A program made the translations under genes and the position numbers. The notes under the pieces are model-generated. The model did not search any database. It had not been told where the DNA came from and saw nothing but the letters and a program-made list of their open reading frames with translations. Shown piece after piece: positions 42,084 to 56,001 of a stretch of 64,000 nt of DNA (the first letter of the stretch is position 1; every line of letters begins with the position of its first letter). Where the stretch lies: assembly GCA_951406725.2 (NCBI GenBank), contig OX597814.1, positions 105,214,001-105,278,000 of the forward strand, in the 5' to 3' direction. This stretch comes from Octopus vulgaris. Lineage: Eukaryota.

Positions 42084-42560
42084 ATGTATATCCGTGCTAT
42101 TCACCTTAGAAACTGAATGAAATGGAACAGATAATAATCAATGCTACGAAATTGTTGAATGGCAGATGAGTTCGTCGCATTTCCATTATAAGTTGAACTT
42201 TTGCTGACGATATTGCAGGGCAGCGACAGGAAAAAAGAATATTCTCGAAGCAGTCCTGAAAGTGCATCGACAAGAGTTGGATCCGTAAGATTCCGACTGT
42301 GATTTCGTCCTTCAAAATTCATTTACATTTCTTTCTCTAGATGAGATTCAGAAATTCTCCGTTCAGAAGACACTAGGTAGGGCTCAAAAGATTCAAACTT
42401 AAACTCTGATGTCTTTACAGGGGATCAATTCCACAAGATAAAGAAAGGCTATAAGGGGGATCAAGTTGAGCGGGTTTAGAGGCAATTATGCGGATAAAAC
42501 AAATTTGATACGTCAGATATATTAAATATATTAAATTCGTCAAATATAGTGAATGTATTT

Positions 42561-42750
42561 ACGGAGATGTACTTGCATAGCAAGTGAGCTGATCTGAGAT
42601 CGTGTGCTGGAGCGAAAACAATTGCAGCGTGGAAGGTGTTTATAAGCCATTTAAGAAACACACAAAAACCGTTAGATTCACTTCAACATTTAAATTTAAT
42701 TTGCCAAAATATTTTCGTCGCTTTGAGACCGCAACCTGTTCACTGACAAA
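42561..42750 (-). mobile_element. Short ORF-less PLE-like repeat whose first 51 nt (42700-42750) form a G3:C8 hammerhead variant
   Basis: TTTGTCA-GTGAACA-G-GTTGC(GGTCTCAAA)GCGAC-GAAA-ATAT-TT-TGGCAAA. The repeat boundaries are approximate. Confidence 0.65.
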
Positions 42751-44564
42751 GTGTATGAATACAAAATATGTTTACATGCAAAACGAGAGAAAGCAAAAGG
42801 TGGACACTTTCAGAGGATGATTTTTTTAAAGTATAAATATGCAGATGTTTATATTAATGGACCCAACTTATACAGAGTACAAACTATGGAGAAACATAAA
42901 GGGGTGGGAGAAATTTGTTATAAGTGCAACATTTGTTTCTGAGGGTTCATAGATCCATCATAATGTTGGTAGATTTAGTTCATCACAAAATGCGGCCGTA
43001 TGGATGCAATTAACATATGATGAGACCAGCCTCCGTCATCAGAGTAGAGAAGATCTTACATTCCAGATCTTAATGTAGAGAAGTTCAGAGACGGAACGAT
43101 TAAATGTGGAGAGCGTGCCATTCTTTTCTACGCAAACTTATTCGAAACCTTAAACACAGATGCAGATACCATTCCAAATGATCTTTCTGGAAGTTATTTT
43201 GATTCTAAAAATCCAATTCCATTTCGTTCATTTCAGAGAATTTGTTTCGATTAAAAAATTTTAAATGTCTTTATATTGATGTATTCACAGAGAAATTATG
43301 GTACTCCGGGGGTACCTATTAAAGGCATGCAGTTATCTGACACCTTATTGGGTTCTCTTCTTTAATAGGTACCAGTTTCCACCCAAGTTCCATTCAAATA
43401 TACGCTGCTACCGCCATTTTGATAGTTTTTCTTTCTTATATTAAACTTCAGACAGAGGCAACGAATAGGGAAATCTAATCTCATACATATTTTTCTCTAT
43501 TGTTTTCAGTTTTACGACTGTCTGCATTGAAGACGACCTCAGTAATAATCTAAACAGTAAAATTCCACTTCGTTGCTGATTCAGCCAAATTCTTCAGTTC
43601 TAACTCAAACATTTGGATTCCTGCAGAAACAACAAATTCTACTTCTTTTCACAATACACTCTTTTTATACTCTGCTTACTGTAAACCAGTTTACGAACGC
43701 CCACATTGATCATTGAAATCCAATCAAGGAAACAGCTCCTGTTTATTATTAACAATCTTTAAAATGCTTCTATGGAAGGCAGTACATTTTCTTTTTACAA
43801 TGTTTGTATGGAAGGCAATAAGTACAATCTGCTGCTGCTACCGAGAGCCACTTGGGCAGTTGATTAATGAAATGCCCATCTACTTGTGAAATGTTTTAAT
43901 AGATCCGACTTTATTAACGAATGACATAGGGGAGATCGAACTAGATATTTTTATGCATAATCAATATTTCCGTACTTTTTCTGTTATTTGTTGTTGATGT
44001 TGTTGTTGTTGCTGCTGCTGCTGCTGTTGTTGTTTTCCTTTCGACGCCATAATTGAAATTGCAACAAAAACAACAAAGCGACACAAATTCCGGCCCAAAA
44101 CGACGACGACGTCTCCCTATAAAATATTTTGTTGAAATGAAAGAAAACATCGCTGAAACTTTCTTTCCAAAATCTCAATCATTTTTGGTACCTGAGGGAA
44201 TTTGTCAGAAATCTTTCTTACTTGGAATCACTATCAGATTTTTATTGGAAATTTCTTATCTATTCCAACTTTCTCGGATGACGATCACAATTCGATATTT
44301 TCTTTTATTTTTTTTTTCCTTCTTCTCTGTTTCCTTTTAGAAAGTCTCTCTCATTGTCGACTCATCATTATTTTTCCTCTCGTCTCCCTTCATCTCTCTC
44401 ACTCCTTCACACTCATTTAACTGCATCTCTCTATATATACCCCTCTTTACTCCATCAACATTCACTCTGTTTACCGTTTCTTTGTTTCACTTTGTCGCAG
44501 ACTCTCATTCTGTCGTTCTCTCTCTGTCTCCCTTTTTCTCTCACCCTCACGTTCTCTCTCTCTC

Positions 44565-44603
<39 letters not shown>

Positions 44604-45056
44604 TTCTCTTTTTCTCTCTCTCTCTCTCTTTCTCTCTAACCAACTCTCACCCTCTCTTTTATTTTCTTTCTCAGCCTCGTAGCAAACAACGAGACGAATT
44701 TAAAGCTGCGAAAACGTATTACAGATGGATGTTCGATAAAACTGCTGAAACACCGCCGCCGCCGCCGCCGCCGCAGAACCAACTGACTTACACACCACCC
44801 CACAGCCAGTCCCCCATCCCCACCGCACTAATCAAATAAAAGAAGGAAGAGTTGATTCCAAAGAACTAGCAAGAGATCTCTACTCAACCGCTAACTTTCA
44901 CCTTTCCTCATTTCAAGAATACCATCGATCACAATATTTAATAAACACACACACACACAATCCACACAGCAACAACAACAATAACAAGCAAACAAAATCT
45001 TAGAATTTATTAGCTTATTCTATTTATTATGTATTTCAAAAATATCACTATTGTGA

Positions 45057-45202
<146 letters not shown>

Positions 45203-45420
45203 GTTGTTGTTGTTGTTGTTGTTGTTGCTGCTGCTGCTGTTCTTGTTGTTTTTGTTGTTGTTTACCTTCTGTTCCCAGTTCAAATTCCGCTGTGGTCGAC
45301 TCTACCTTTCATCTTTTCAGGGTCGATAAAATAAGTACCAGCTGAACACTTGGGTCGATGTAATCGACTAACCTCCTCCCACAAATTTCAAACGTTCTGT
45401 CTATAGCAGAAACGATTAGC

Positions 45421-45467
<47 letters not shown>

Positions 45468-45469
<2 letters not shown>

Positions 45470-45888
45470 GCCAACGGGCCAGATATAGTTGTCAGAGATC
45501 ATGAAGAAACAAAAATGCTTTCTACTTGATGTATCAATACCAGCAGATGACAATGTGTCTCTAAAAGAAATGGAGAAACTTTCAAAATACAAAGACCTGG
45601 AAATAGAGGTAACTCGAATGTGGAGTCTAAAAACAGAAACAATTCCTATCATTGTAGGTGCATTAGTCATGATAAAAAATTATTCAGACAAATACATAAT
45701 AAAAACACCAGGACTTACAAACACATACAACATACAGAAAATTGCACTACTGGGCACTGCACACATCCTACGCAAAACACTTTCAATACAGTAACCATCA
45801 GAGCACCACAACAAATCACAACACATGCCCAAGGCACACAGAGCTGCGCTCAGTAGTGAAGTGAAAGCACGCTATAAAAATAAAACTA

Positions 45889-45893
<5 letters not shown>
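45468..45893 (+). mobile_element. R4/Dong-clade element 3' end, same family as 20421-21222, with (TAA)n on both sides
   Basis: PDIVV...LLDVSIPADDNVSLKEMEKLSKYKDLEIE...ALLGTAHILRK, and the same 3' UTR ending AAAATAAAACTACTG(AAT)n. Confidence 0.9.
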
Positions 45894-45979
<86 letters not shown>

Positions 45980-46023
45980 GACATACATAATAATAATAAT
46001 AATAATAACAGACAACAATAATA

Positions 46024-46142
<119 letters not shown>

Positions 46143-46457
46143 TAGGCTGGGCTTTCAGTTTCTGTCAACCAAATCCACCCACAAGGCTTTGGTCGGCCCC
46201 AGGCTATAGCAGAAGATACTTGGCCAAGGTGCCACACGGTGAGACTGGGCCCAGAAGCATACGGTTAGGAAGCAAATACTTGATGTAGTTTAATTAATCT
46301 GGCAGAAAACATCATTATTGAAGCTGTAGTATTGATAGTCTTTGATCAAGTACTGCAGACTAAATTTCATTAAAATGGTAAGGTTTACATTTCTGTGCCT
46401 ACAATGGTAAATTCTACATACACGGGGTCATTATAGAATATATTTCTTGGTTATATA

Positions 46458-46687
46458 TATTTCTTTACGACCCACAAGGGGCTAAACACAGTGGGGACAA
46501 ACAAGGACAGACAAACGGATTAAGTCGATTACATCAACCCCAGTGAATTGGTACTTAATTTATCGACCCCGAAGGGATGAAAGGCAAAGTCGACCTCGGC
46601 GGAATTTGAACTGAGAACGTAACGACAGACGAAATACGGCTACGCATTTCGCCCGGCGTGCTACAATTCTGCCAGCTCGCCGCCTTC
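46458..46687 (-). mobile_element. Family B SINE, full length, probable TSD
   Basis: Colinear with 32892-33125; ATTTCTTGG(T/A)TATA on both sides. Confidence 0.9.
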
Positions 46688-48142
46688 AATTTCTTGGATA
46701 TAGTCACAGCAAGCTGGTGAAGAGATTCGAAAAAAATTCCCTTTCCTTTATAAGCTGACCCCTTATCGATCTGAAGAACTCACTTGGTTGGGTTAATGAT
46801 TATATATCAACCCTGTACTCGCAACATGTATTCTATTAATCAGTCTGTCGTGAAGTTCTGTTGTTTTATGATATCGATGACATAACGAATATCTGTTGGA
46901 TGATGACCTCACTTGGTCTCAATGAAAATTCTTCGCTGACAACGTCTGTTATCTACTGACATCTGATCTCTTTTATAATCTCTTACTCTCTGATGTAAGT
47001 TCATTTCTCTAATCCCCTGATATCTCTAGTTGTCTGACTTTTATAATCGCATGAAAAATTATCAAGTCTTGTATTAGGATCAACCGCATTAAAGGCTGCC
47101 CCAGTTTTCTCAGTGAGTTATTATCGTAACTTTAATCTCAAATCTTAATCAGTTTCTTTATTCAAATATCGCAAATATAATATTGTCTAATGTCAACTTA
47201 TTTATGGAAATTTCATTTAATCAAGATTAGAATTTCTAATTGCCTTTTCAGAACAGCATTGGACACCACAACAATTTATTTTCACTCAGCTCCCAAAATA
47301 ATGGTCTGCTTTTACTAATTCTATAGAACTTTCTCTTACAATAAAGTCATCTTCTTTTACTTTACATTTATCTTTCCTATTTTAATTCTTCTCTAGAATT
47401 AGGAAAGTAGAAGAGGCAAATGTCCTTCTATTTCTTTGATGCTTAATCTACACACCATATTCTGTGTCGTATGTGAGGCAGTGGTGACATTGCTATCACA
47501 ATGATGCTGACACGAATGTTCACTCCACTGAAATAACACCTCTATATTGAATAGTAATTAGAAATCCTTCCTCCACATCGGTAAATCCCACTGGAATCTA
47601 TGTTGCTAATAGCGCTGCCATAGTTAGTACGTCATAACTCTCATGTCCTCTTTTTCTTATGATCTTAGAAACTAGATACGAATATAAAACAACAGATTTC
47701 GAAAAAAAGTTTAAAAAGAACACAAAATATACGAGCTATCCATTATTTCCAGAATATAATATTTTTTTGGATGCACTAAAAGGATTTCAAAAATATCTGT
47801 CAGAGAAAGAATGGAGGAAGAATAAAGGAATAAATAAATAAATAAATGTATAAACGAAATAAATAACAAGAATATGGAAAATAATTTTACGGAAATGTAT
47901 TTCTATATTGTATATTCGTTGGATGTTGGATACAGGATTGGGGAAACTGGGACAGAAAATGGGGAATAAGGAAGATGAGAAATGAGAAATATTGAGTGTG
48001 TAGATAATGGAATATAAGGCCCAAGATGGGAGCTTAGCATGGAAGATAAATATTAAAATGGAATAGAGGGAAAATATCATCAAAATGGAAGATGAAAAGA
48101 ACAAATAAAATGAAATCGTATCTAGTTTTTTTACATATGTGT

Positions 48143-48219
<77 letters not shown>

Positions 48220-48654
48220 GTTTGTGTGTGTGTGTGTGTGTTTATATATACATACATCTGTACAAATATATGTTGAAAGAGGTGAGAAAAAGAAGAGAGT
48301 GGGAAGCAAAAAGTGAGAGAGACGTTGACAGTGATTTCGTTATAGGTATAACGGGGGGAAAGTTGTGGAAACTCTTTCTGATTGAGAGAAGAGGAAGAAT
48401 CTGGCCATGAAATTCGGTGTCGAATTTGTATTCTTGAAATAAGATAAACAACCGAAAATAAAACATTTATTTGAAGAATTCTAACATTCTTCATCGACAG
48501 CGCTTCTGTTACCTCTTTGCGCTTCTACCGCTTCCTCCGAAATAATTACCAACATCTTTCTCTTTATTTTCTTCCTCCTTTTCTCCCATGTATGTATTAT
48601 GTATGTGTATGTATGTATGTGTGTGTGTATGTGTGTGTGTACATATATATATAT

Positions 48655-48888
48655 TTTATCTTTTATCGTTTCCTTGTTTCAGTCATTTGATTGCGTCCAT
48701 ACTGGAGCATCGCCTTGAAAGTGTTTAGTCAGATGAATCGACACCAGTACGCGTTTGTATTAAGCCTGGTACTTATTCTATCGGGCTCCTTTGCCGAACC
48801 ACTAAACATACCGGTTGTCAAGCGGTAGTGGGGAGATACACGGACATAAAGATACACACACACATACATGTACACAGACTCACACACA

Positions 48889-48925
<37 letters not shown>

Positions 48926-49058
48926 GATAAGCTTCTTCCAGTTTCCGTCTTCCAAGTCCATTCATGTGGCTTTGGTCGGTCCGGCTATAGTAGAAGGCAC
49001 TTGCCCAATGTTCCATGCAGTGGGACTGAATCCAGAACCATGTGTTTGGGAAGCAGGC
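48655..49058 (-). mobile_element. Family A SINE, diverged
   Basis: Colinear with 48-495. Confidence 0.85.
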
Positions 49059-49487
49059 TCAGATAGATGCTATTTTCCTAAGTTCCATTCTGCCATCGTT
49101 TTGGTGATTTTCGAGATTAGGCTTGGCTTCGGTCACAAGTGTAATTGGGCGCTATAGTGTTGGTAAATTTAACCACAAAAGACGTGTTCCGTTGCTGCCC
49201 CAGGATAACTGTTGTTGTTCTTAGGGATCGATCGTTTGTATATTCATAGTTACATACCAATTGTAGGTTCCTGTTAAAATTAAGATTGTGGTTATGTAAT
49301 TGCGGTTCGATAATATGAAGTGATGACGCGGCAGCGTAGAATTTTTGGAACAATAGAAATATTTTATACCAGCAGAGTCTGTCTCACATTCAAGTTTTGA
49401 ATAACATAGAGAATTAGAACTTTCATAGCGACTTCTATCATAAAGCATCGGCTTTCGATTTCAGTCTGATTCACTGCTGATGCTTCT

Positions 49488-49851
49488 GCTGTTGCTGTTG
49501 CTGTCGAGCGTAGCGGTCTTCATCCAGTCCGAAACGTGGTCCTTTGCTATTCGTAAAACCCGCAGAGGAGAAAGCAGGTCAACCCCCGACACCGAGAGCA
49601 TAGATGGATGGATGAATGCACATCCAGGCTCAGCGGTTACGTAGGATGTCGGGGACAAGAAACAAGAAGAAAGAGTGAGAGAAAGTTGGGGTGAAAGAGT
49701 ACAACAGGGGTCGCCACCACCCCCTGCCGGAGCCACGTAGAGATTTAGGTGTTTTCGCTCAATAAACACACACAACGCCTGGTCTGGGAATCGAAACCGC
49801 GATCCCCCGACCGCGAGTCCGCTGCCCTAACCATTGTTCCACTGCGCCTCC
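49488..49851 (-). mobile_element. Family C SINE with a third tail (tail C) ending in (CAGCAA)n
   Basis: Head and body match 30495 and 30845; the 3' about 170 nt are unrelated to tails A and B. Confidence 0.85.
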
Positions 49852-50364
49852 ACTGCTGATGCTCTGCAAAGCTCAGGTAAGATTTAACATACAAGAGTAC
49901 TAATCTCCTATCTGGGCGACTTCTGTTGCAAACCACACACACACGCAAACCAGTCTCATAAGACTACTCCCTTATATGAGGTGCTACTCATGCTTCTGCT
50001 CATAAAACACACCTAAAACGCACCCAGCGATTGACAAACCTTCATTCACCAATTCCCTACAATCTCTGATTCACCGTCTTAGCATTGCTGGCAGAATCGT
50101 TAGCGCGCCGGGCGAAATGCGTTGCGGCATTTCGTCTGTCTTAACCGTCTGAGTTCGAATTCCGCCAAGGTCGACATTGTTTTTCATCCTTTCAAGGTCG
50201 ATAGAATAAGTACCAGTTGAGTACTGGGGTTGACTTATCCCCCTCCCCACAAATCAGGATTATTTCTTGTCTGTATCTTTCACTTGTTGTTACAACGGTC
50301 TCTACTCCTTTGAACACGCAAGATAATCTATCCAACAGGTATGCTTCTCTCTCTCCCACTTGTC

Positions 50365-50800
50365 ACTCTACCCGACACGTATGCTTCACGCTACCCAACA
50401 CGTATGCTTTTTCTTCTCACCTTCTCAATCTACCCGAATCCACCCAACACGTATTGCTTCTTCTCCCCCTTCTCAATCTACCCGAATCCACCCAACACGT
50501 ATGCTTCTTCTCCACCTTCTCAACCTACCCGAATTCACCCAACACTATGCTTCTTCTTCTCCCTCTTCTCAATTTACCCGAATTTACCCAACACGTATGC
50601 TTCTCCTTATCACTCTACCCGAATCCACCCAACACTATGCTTCTCCTTCTCCACCTTCTCAATCTACCCGAATACACCCAACACGTATGCTTCTCCCTCT
50701 CTCACTTTTCACTCTACCCGAATCCACCCAACATGTATGCTTCTTCATCTACCCTTTTCACTCTACCCGAATCCACCCGACACGTATGCTTCTTCTTCTC
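50365..50800 (+). repeat. Minisatellite of about 8 units of 40-52 bp
   Basis: Recurring core CTACCCGAATCCACCCAACACGTATGCTTC plus a variable pyrimidine spacer. Confidence 0.9.
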
Positions 50801-51202
50801 CCCTTCTCCTCTTCTTCCTTAGCTTCAATTTCAACACTAAACACTTCCACTTAAGACTTCACCTTCCACACCCCCACTACATCCTCTACACCTCCACACC
50901 CCCATTATATCCTTCTCGTTATTCATTTATGGGTATTTAAACTGTATACTGTCTACATAACTCTGACTACAATGTCATGACCTACAGACGTCATGACCAC
51001 TGCCTGCCCCTCTTTGACTTCGCTGTATCTATAAATGCCAGTTCTGTAATTTACTGAATTTTAAAAGAACCCGTCTTGATTTTTGAACCCCTGAAAGTTG
51101 TCTGCACGAGACGGAAGACATTAGAACCATGATGCTTCTCGAGATATGAGTCGCAGGAAGTTCCGTATCACTTTTGTGGGTTAATATATTTGGCGTTCAC
51201 TA

Positions 51203-51434
51203 AAGGCGGCGAGTTGGCAAAATCGTTAGCACGCCGGGCGAAATGGGTAGCCGTATTTCGTCTGCCGTTACGTTCTGAGTTCAAATTCCGCCGAGGTCGA
51301 CTTTACCTTTCATCCTTTCGGGATCCATAAATTAAGTACCAGTTACGCACTGGAGTCGATGTAATCGACTTAATCCGTTTGTCTGTCCTTGTTTGTCCCC
51401 TCTATGTTTAGCCCCTTGTGGGTAACAAAGAAAC
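51203..51434 (+). mobile_element. Family B SINE, full length, 17-bp TSD
   Basis: ATATA(T/C)TTGGCGTTCAC at 51184-51200 and 51435-51451. Confidence 0.92.
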
Positions 51435-51865
51435 ATATACTTGGCGTTCACCCTAGCGTGGTGCTTGCCCTATCATCTCTTACACCAGGTTGCGACGTCA
51501 ATTACTTCCCTTCATAAGAAATCAACGTCAACTGACGGTCAGAGAACCGCTTTCGATTGTGACCTTTTGTGACTGCAGTGTTTGTCCAAGTGTGCTGGAA
51601 TGAAAACATAGCATCCATGAAGCAAAGTGTGAAGACAGAATGGAACACATTTGCGTCTGTGATTTTTTTCTACTTTTTTGTTTTTCTACAGGTGACTGGT
51701 AGTAGTTCATAGAACGCTGGGAAATGGTTCCGACCTTCCTCCGAAGTATTTTCTTTGATCCGATAGAAGTCAGGACTTTGTAGCAACAGCATGATTCTCT
51801 CATTATGTAAAGAGAAATAAGAATCAATGCGTAGACGTCTATGTTCTTTTAAGGACTGTTTATAA

Positions 51866-52158
51866 TCACGTGATCGACAAGATTATCGAATGTTGTTATA
51901 CATCGCTGGTCACAATGCACTTTGCAACGTTTTTACCTTTCGAATGATGCCATCCTGCTGGCTTGGCGAATAGCCAACATTTCCCCTGATCGCGTGGTGG
52001 GGGGGATCCGTCGTGGGCTAACCCATTTATAGCTGAGTGGACTGGGGGGAAAGTGAAATGAAGTGTTTTGCTCAAGAACACAGCACTCTGCACGGTCCAG
52101 GAATCGAACCCACGATCTAGCGATCGTGAGACAACACCCTACTAGACCACGCATCCTC
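51866..52158 (-). mobile_element. tRNA-CORE SINE with tail A
   Basis: B box GGTTCGATTCC and CORE; the tail TGCATTGTGACCAGCGATGT...ATCACGTGAT is shared with 30132-30250. Confidence 0.8.
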
Positions 52159-53248
52159 ACGTGTTTATAACAAAATATTCATAGTTATTTATTTACTATA
52201 AACCTTCTACTGTATTCATAAAAGCCCTTCATATCTCACTATAAAAGGCTCGACTCCCTTTTCAACAGGTAAATATATCTCCCCCACACCCCCACGCCCC
52301 TAAATTGTATCCTTTTCTCCTATCGCAGACTTTTGCATCTGTTCGCCTCTGCTACTAACATTTTCTTAATTACCATTCTCACCTTTACATTTCTCCTATT
52401 CCTGCAGCTCAGCAGCTAAACAATATCAACATACATACTTCACCTCTCTTTCTCTCTCTCTCTCTCTATCTATCTCTCTCTCTCTCTCTCTCTCTCTGTT
52501 CCTTTCCCTCCCTCTCTCTGTGTACTCTTCATGTACCTCAGATTCTAGCTGCCTTTGAATGTTTAGTCTCTGCTGCTGGTATAAATTTAATATGGCTGCC
52601 TCATATAATTTCGCCCATAAAGAAAGAAATAAACTTTCGCTCGCAGTCCATATTTCTTTTCCCTCTTTGCGTTTTTCCTTCTGCTTCTAATTTTCTCTCC
52701 AACAACATCTGTGTTGAGTAATCTTTACTTGTTTGTACAAGCTACTACTACTACGACGACGACTTGTTACTGCTCTCGTGCAAGTAGCAACGGAGTCCGT
52801 TTTATATATCCTTAGTATTCCTTTTCATTTTATTTACTCAGCTGCTATTGTCTATTCCATCGTATTCAACGGCAGAAGATGCTTTAGTCACCTTAATCAG
52901 CATCAAACTCAAAGACAACAAACAACCAATAAAGACTTCTTACAGTTCATTTGATTGGTTGTTGCAGTTCACAGGTAAAAACTAATAAACCAGCCCACAC
53001 AACATGCAGTTTAATTAACACTGATCAATCGCTTCTCGACTTGTTGAATTTCGTATTCATGAAGCACTCCACACATAAACCAGACGACCTCGCGGTCGCC
53101 TTTCATAGCGTTGTGCGCCATTCTTTCATAAGGTTTGGCTGTGGAAAGATCATTGTAATAAATGCTTTCTTTCTTCCATGCGACTCTCACCTTCGGAGAG
53201 CGATTTTTACCTGTTCTTTATAAATTGGCGGCGATTGTTTTGACGTTG

Positions 53249-53340
<92 letters not shown>

Positions 53341-53725
53341 CGTGTGTAGATACATATACACAGATATACAAACATGCACACACACACATCACAGTAACGA
53401 CAAGACTATCAGACGCTGTTATGCACCGTTGATCACAAAGCGCATTCAATTCCGTTCTGATTGCGACATTGTTTCCAACATCTTGACCCAAATTGCATTA
53501 GAAGATTATATTTATATAAGTAGATATGGAAATATCTTATAAACGCATAATAATAATGCTGAATGGCATAAATAGGATAGAACATCCTTATATTGACGAA
53601 AAATTTGTTTGCGGCCAGCTATGCATATATATATATATTTTACACATACCTAATTTACACATACTTATTTGTTTAAAAAATTAAAATATAGTTTATAGTA
53701 TCAAACTATGAGAAAGTGAGATAGG

Positions 53726-53820
53726 GGCCTGATGATTGGGGTTATATTTTATGAATGGTTTCAGCAAAACACGGCGTGGTTAAGGAACCGGGAAATGTAC
53801 CTCATGAAACACGTGTAGCC
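53726..53820 (+). ncRNA. Type-I hammerhead ribozyme motif with canonical core and extended stem II
   Basis: GGC-CTGATGA-T-TGGGGT(56 nt)ACCTCA-T-GAAA-CACGTG-TA-GCC, with a GUA triplet and palindromic stem III. Confidence 0.7.
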
Positions 53821-53983
53821 AAGTTATAGAGTAGTAAGTATTTAAATTAAATTTCTCATATATGGTGAGATGAAAGGGCCTACTATCTCTAAGTGAAAAT
53901 ACATATTTCCTCATTGAGAATAATTTGAACCCCTGTTATGCCGGAATTTTTATTCCCTAACAAATAAAATTAAATATATACAT

Positions 53984-54017
<34 letters not shown>

Positions 54018-54028
54018 GTATATGTATG

Positions 54029-54164
<136 letters not shown>

Positions 54165-54235
54165 GAGAGAGAGAGAGACAGACAGACAGAGACAGAGAGA
54201 CAGAGACAGTTCTAACACGCACACACAAACACACA

Positions 54236-54279
<44 letters not shown>

Positions 54280-54281
<2 letters not shown>

Positions 54282-54680
54282 TATCTTCTCACTTATTTCA
54301 GCCATTTGACTGCGGCCATGCTGGATCACCTTCATGAAGAGATTTTTCATCGAAGAAGTCGACTCAGGACTTATTCTTTGTAAGCCTATTACTTATTCTA
54401 TCGGTCTCTTTGTCGAGGCGCTAAGTTACGGATGCGTAAACACACCCACGTCGGTTGTTAAGTGACGCTGGGGTCACAAATACAGACATAAAGACACACT
54501 CGCATAAATGTATATGTACATACGACGGGCTTCTTTCAGCTTCCGTCTACCAAATCCACTCATAAGGTTTTGATTGGCCCACGGTTATAGTAAAAACACA
54601 CCCAAGACACCACGCAGCGAGACTGAACCTGGAGCAACGTACTTGAGAAGCAAGCTTCTTACCAGACAGCTACTACTGCG

Positions 54681-54683
<3 letters not shown>
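54280..54683 (-). mobile_element. Family A SINE, near full length
   Basis: Colinear with 48-495. Confidence 0.85.
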
Positions 54684-54750
<67 letters not shown>

Positions 54751-54769
54751 CATACATGTCACATACATA

Positions 54770-54815
<46 letters not shown>

Positions 54816-55209
54816 CGCACACACACACGGAAATGTAACCGCAATTGGGCCGTTGGTGATGTTCCTTCCTTTTGCGACTATTCCCTTTCTCCTTTCCGGC
54901 GAAAGGCATGCTCGAAACATTATATACATACATCCATATACATTCCAATACGCCATGATAGATCGGTAGCCACTACATACATTTTATTTTCTTTCTTTGT
55001 TTCTCTCCTTGTTTCTTTCTTTTTGATGTAAATAATTTTTGGTGTTAACATGGTCCGATTTGAATTTTTTCCTCTACGGAAGGAAGAGCAAGCCTTCTTC
55101 TTTCATACTCTCAATTTTGGTCAGCTTGCCGCAGGGTCTCGGAGGAGATAGTGTTTGTTGAAGGCTGAAGTCATACACAGACAACTTCAGCTTTATATAT
55201 AGAAAAATA

Positions 55210-55690
55210 AAGCGAAACGGGTCCAAGACTGTCCCCTAAGGGACACCACTGGTGACTTTTGCTGGGCTTGAGTGGATTCCACCGATCACAACATGTGTTC
55301 TGTCTCCAGGAATTATTCAATCCAGTGTAGTAGTTTTTCACGGATTCCAACATTTGTCAATTCTGACAGTAGTATATTATTATGTCAACTCTGTCGAACG
55401 CTTTACTGAAGTCAAGAGATATGACATCAGAGTTGGAACCTGATCTCAAGGCTTTAAGGATATGATCGATGTGGTGTAAGAGCTGTGTTAGACAGTCCCT
55501 GCCGCAGCGAAAGCCATGCTGGTTTGAATTTAGGAGATCGTGGCTCTCCAGGAAGCTAGCTATCCTTAATCTCACCACACTTTTAAACACTTTAACGATG
55601 TGGGAGGTGAGTGAGATTGAGTGATAGCTGACTGCGAGGGATCTGTTTCTCTGTTTGAAAACCGGGATGACAGACTGGGATAGGAGCTGT
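55210..55690 (-). mobile_element. CR1-type LINE reverse transcriptase fragment, decayed
   Basis: VIPVFK...YHSISLTSHIVKVF...LLNSNQHGFRCGRDCLTQLL...LDFSKAFDRVD; downstream GIREKLLHWI and VTSGVP*GTVL. Confidence 0.85.
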
Positions 55691-55947
55691 TTCGGTATAT
55701 AATAAACACACACACACACACACATATATATATATGTATGTGGGGGTGCGCACACACACATATATGTGTGTGTATCAGTCTTATATTTCTACATTGGAAA
55801 TCGGCACAAGCGTTAGAGCGTCTTTGTTACACATCATTACGTACTGATTTCAAATCATACTGAGAATAACAAGCCTTTTCACTCTCTAGCAAGAACTATA
55901 AAAAAAAAGGGCCACAAAAGCACTGCAGTCTATTCTTTTTCCTACCT

Positions 55948-56001
<54 letters not shown>

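Noticed and set aside
42170-42240. CTGACGA...GAAA hammerhead candidate, or an FADD RT motif
   Set aside because: Stems I and III do not pair. TFADDIA may be an old LINE relic but is too short to call.
50217-50940. ORFs of 164-201 aa in all three frames, and a CRISPR-like repeat-spacer look
   Set aside because: Explained by the minisatellite. The spacers are mutually related, there are no cas genes and the context is eukaryotic.
50940-51180. Possible solo LTR (TATA-like and polyA-like motifs)
   Set aside because: No clear TG...CA termini, TSD or partner LTR.
51660-51830. Splice-acceptor-like TTTTTCTACAG and a minus-strand QSPD motif
   Set aside because: All three frames stop within a few codons of the AG. 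The Tc1-like QSPD is too short to support a call.
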